Assembly (NCBI RefSeq): GCF_006345805.1
Contig: NC_043006.1
Location: forward strand, 41,106,001 to 41,170,000
Direction: 5' to 3'
Origin: Octopus sinensis
Taxonomy: Eukaryota
DNA length: 64,000 nt
A program made the translations under genes and the position numbers. Position 1 is the stretch's first letter. Every line of letters starts with the position of its first letter. This document shows positions 59,601-64,000 of the stretch, one piece after another. The notes below the pieces were generated by a model. That model saw only the letters and a list, made by a program, of their open reading frames with translations. It was not told the origin of the DNA and did not search any database.

Positions 59601-61539
59601 AATCTAAAATATTTAAATTAACGTCTCTTCTCAAAATAATTCTTATTCGAATGAGCGTAGATCAAAAATATTCACACTGCCATGATTTCTTTCTTTAGAT
59701 GCCTTTAAAACTTTGATCTGTCTCTAACAACTGACATCTCGCTATTGAATGTTGCACTTTTCATTTGTATCTGTTGCAAAATTTCTAAATTAACCCCTAG
59801 GTCACATATTTAGTGGATGGTTTAGCCGATTATACCGATCTCAGTACATGAGTAGTACTTTATCAAAACTTAAAGAACGAAAAAGTGACAAACAAGTAGA
59901 ATTGTTACCGCGTCGAACAAAATGCTTTGCGGCATTTCTTTTTGGTTGTTTACGCTCTGAATTCAAATCCTACCGAGGTCAACTTTGTTTTTAATCCCAT
60001 CGATAAAATAAAGTGTTAGTCAACTCAAAACTGCGAGACTTGAACCCTCAACGGATCAGCCTTCTGTCTGAGGCAATGTTGTAACCATGGAAATACGGTT
60101 ACAGGCCTGATGAATCTCAGGACCCAAGGAAAGAAAATGATAAAAGAGTATATTTCACTAGGATTAGAAATCAAAACGAAAAGTATCGTAACTGTATAGT
60201 ATTTTAACCCACGCTAAGGATTCTGCTAATCTACTCCGCTCCTCTGTATTGTTAATAGAGTTAGTTATAAAAGTTCAAATATAGATTTTCCGTATTCTGT
60301 ACAGACAGTTGTTTCATCATCTATTTTCCGTAAATGTAATTTTTGTGAAGTTGAAAGTTCGAAATTAGATTTTCAAGAAAGAATTTGATTTCAAACATTT
60401 TTTATTCATTATTTGTTTGAGGTGGAAGAAGCGACAAACGTGGAAATAAAGAAAAATGTTTTAAAAGAATTATGATGTTTATAAGAAACTTCCAAAGAGA
60501 GGTTATAGTTGAGCAATATATTAGGGAAGTTTAGTTAATGCAGAGAGCTAAAGCGAGAAATTAGAACTTTGCAGCAACAGCGTCTAACTCATTCAATATT
60601 AAAATGTTTGGGGAGGCTCATCTACAATTTCATAGGTGCAAGAAATAACTATGTGGTAAAAATAGCTCACTTGGTGGTCACTCAACGGTCACTTAGGTAA
60701 GAGTGCAGTCTATATATGTCTGTATATTGCTTTTATATTATCGTTACAGTGAATTACATATTTAATTTTTGCAATAATATAGGATTACCATAAACCTGTT
60801 ATATACTCTGCATTTAGCTTTAAATGCTGCTTATAAAACTACGTTTTTTGTGATGGGGGATAATCTACTATATGTTGAATATTGGATTTTCAAAACAATC
60901 AAAGATAATCAAATATGCTGCTATCCCACGGTAAATAATCAATATCTGAACACATTTTTCATTACCGACTATTTGGGGAATCAATGTGTAAAATAAATTA
61001 TCTCACTGTAGACTTTTGTAGCGGTTAACGCATACAAAAGAAAAAAAAAAGAACCAAAAACTAACTGCAATAGTATTTCTTGTTTTCTACTAATTATTGC
61101 TAACTTAGCTTATGGTGATTAAGCATGTACCGCATACTTAATGAGTAAAAAACCAAACGTGCTAAAATAACAGAATTCAAGTAAAATAAAATATACTTTA
61201 AACACATAGTCTATTCTAATGGCTAGTTAGAATAAGGGAAATAATCATTTCTAGAAAAATTTCGGCGAAATTAGGTGTTTCAATTTTAAGTTGAGGAGCA
61301 AGGGCGATGCATAGAATATGCATTTTTTTATTATGTTTTGCTTACTCATTATAAAGATTGTAAAATTTCTAGTTACAAGTAATCATGTATAGCGTCATTT
61401 CATTCTTATTTAAAGTCTTCAGCATGACATAACCTGAAGCAATTAAATTAAAATAATTAAGCATTTTACGAAGCCAGATATTTAATATTGATGGGAAATA
61501 ATCATAGTTTAGAAGACATTCGTGGAATGGGTTTTACCT

Positions 61540-61815
61540 TTTAGCCTTCGCGTATTTCAGTCGTTAGACTGTGGCCATGCTGGGGCGCTGCCTTGCTAGT
61601 CGCATGCACCGACCTCAGTACTTATTTGTTTTGAAGCCGAGTACTTATTCTAGCGGACAATTTCTGCTGAACCATTAGGTTACGTTGACGTAAACACACG
61701 AACACGGGTTGTCAAGCGGTGATGGGGACAATCAGATACAAAGACAATCACACACACATAGAGATAAATGTATATATGATTTGCTTCTTTAGGTTTCTGA
61801 CTACCTAATCCACTT
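61540..61815 (-). mobile_element. SINE family B 3' part
   Basis: tttcagtcgttagactgtggccatgctgggg..gttgtcaagcggtg. Confidence 0.75.
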
Positions 61816-61959
61816 TTCCCCAAGTTTCAGTATATATCTGATACATTTTCAGCCTTAAAATAATTAATTGACGTTGGAGAGTTTCCAATTTTGGATGTAA
61901 AGGGATACGCATAAATACCACAAGTCATTAAGTTCCCGCTTTGCTGGAATATTTGTTTT

Positions 61960-62160
61960 AAATTTTGGCACAAGGCCAGTAACATTTGGGTGGAGCAAGC
62001 CGTTTACATTGACGCCAGTAGTCATCTAGTACTTATTTTATCGACCCCGATAAGATGAAGGGTATTTGAACTCGGCGGCATTTGAACTCAGAACTTAATG
62101 ACAGACGAAATTCCACTAAGCAGTTTGCTGGGTGTGCTAATGGTTGTGCCAGCTCGCTTT
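61960..62160 (-). mobile_element. Diverged family A monomer
   Basis: aaattttggcacaaggccag tail and tttgaactcagaac B-box. Confidence 0.75.
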
Positions 62161-63470
62161 GTCGGAACATTAATAGCAGATTCTTACTTAGAAAGAAATC
62201 CACTAATATTCGAATTGCAGTCTGTTGTTTACTGAGACTGAAGACATACAAGGTAGAGTAAGGAAAAGAATATTGATTTGGTCTATGGAAAGAAGTTGTA
62301 ACACAATTGGTCTTCGGAGACTCCCTGCCCGACATCAGTAGAATCTCTTAAACAATGTTTGGTTGGATGAAGACGTAAAAAGCCAAATTAACATTAAAGA
62401 GATTTAAAAATACGCAACTAAATAATGCACAAATTCTAATATGAGATTTTAAACTTAAACTAATCAAAACAAAATTTGTAGTTGAATACTTTAAATGAGT
62501 TATTACTAAAACAATTTAAAATATCTAAATGATTGACCTAAAATAATTATCTTACTTAGGAGCATTGATCAAAGTTCCACTTCTCATATGACCTCTTTGG
62601 CCAGCCCCCTCTCTCTTTATTCATTGAACTCAATCTGTTAACAACAACAACAACAACAACAACAACAATAATGATAATAATAATAATAATAATAACAACG
62701 ACGACGACAAATTACGGTCGCCACAACAAAAACAATAATAAAAAAATCTACTAAAATCAATCAATAGATAATAATATAAACATTTGAAATAAAAAAAGGA
62801 GCCATTATACTGACTGTTTTTGCAATCGTAACCAAACTATTTGGACATTCTTATACTGACAGACTGACATCATCAAATTGATGAATAGTTGATAGGCCAT
62901 AAAGATTTGGAACCGTAACTATTTTCAGACAAACATTTGTCCGATTTACGGCTGAACAATTCTGTTAAATTCTACTTATAAAGTAAAAAAAAACAACAAC
63001 AACAAAAAACATAAAAAAAACTGCGAAATAAAATGTCAAAATATAACCCTGATTGGTGTCAGATGTGGCAGATGTGGTGGGCGTGGTGGGTGAAGCGAAT
63101 GGTTCTCTTATATTAGCAGCAATCAGAAGGTAACGGTTAGTAGGTATTTTATACAAGGACGATTGAATGCCGACCAGACAAAATGTATACTTGGGTCAAT
63201 TAAGTCTCCAAACTATATCATAAACACACGCTTTCCTACAGCTTACTACAATGCTACAGTCTAGGAATCTAGGGAACAGCTCACACTGTCTAAATCCAGT
63301 GATTTGTTAGGGTGCCGAATGTGTCTTACTACTTCAATTATACAAAAAACACCCATTTTTATTATTTAGTTTTCATGCAGAAAACATCTACCGGTAGTTT
63401 ATTCCAATAGTACTGGAAATTATTCATGGGCACACAAGCTTCACATCTTGGTATAAACTTATACTACGTA

Positions 63471-63630
63471 GGTGTAGGAGTGGCTGTGTGGTAAGTAGCT
63501 TGCTTACGAACCAAATGGTTCCGGTTCAGTCCCACAGCGTGGAATCTTGGGCGAGTAGCCTCGGGCCGCCCAAAGCCTTGTGAGTGGATTTGGTAGACGG
63601 AAACTGAAAGAAGCCCGTTGTATATATGTA

Positions 63631-63729
<99 letters not shown>

Positions 63730-63940
63730 GTGTGTGTGTGTGTGTATGTTTGTCCCCCAACATCAATTGACAACCGATGCTGGTGTGTTCACGTCCCCGT
63801 AACTTAGCGATTCGGCAAAAGTGACCGATAGAATAAGTACTAGGCCTACAAAGAATAAGTCCTGGGGGTCGATTTGCTCGACTAAAGGCGTGCTCCAGCA
63901 TGGCCACAGTCAAATGACTGAAACAAGTAAAAGAATAAAG
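63471..63940 (+). mobile_element. Full-length SINE family B with long internal (AT)n(GT)n
   Basis: Head ggtgtaggagtggctgtgtgg, ~125-nt internal microsatellite, and tail aaagaataaag. Confidence 0.9.
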
Positions 63941-64000
63941 AGAGAGAGAGAGTTATTTTGAGAAAGGGGTTTTGTATGAAGTATTATTTCCACTAATCAC

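Noticed and set aside
226-63913. Dozens of ORFs made of YI, HT, CV, MYVC, LSIY, poly-N/M/L/S repeats
   Set aside because: They are translations of microsatellites that lack stops in some frames, not genes.

Overview
Repeat-saturated, AT-rich animal genomic DNA from a draft assembly (100-N gap at 1781-1880). I infer a coleoid cephalopod, most likely Octopus, from three abundant tRNA-headed SINE families and dense di/tri/tetranucleotide microsatellites. No host gene could be identified. Almost all ORFs in the supplied track are microsatellite or SINE artefacts. The recognisable protein-coding sequence is decayed transposon: four mariner remnants (one full length with TIRs), a DD37D-like fragment, a hAT-like transposase, two R4/Dong-clade LINE 3' fragments, a Tx1/L1-clade RT, an RTE 3' end and a possible Helitron helicase. 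A few isolated exon-like segments are reported only at low confidence. The most unusual signals are: (1) fold-back, Penelope-like sequences carrying hammerhead-ribozyme-like cores, including a tRNA-headed SINE whose tail is such a motif and is duplicated in inverted orientation (48.0-48.5 kb), and a complete type I hammerhead fold inside a 131-bp palindrome (5.5 kb); (2) concatemeric SINEs whose units restart at microhomologies; (3) elements that may target microsatellites or a short motif. Family names come from remembered motifs, not database searches, and many element boundaries are approximate.
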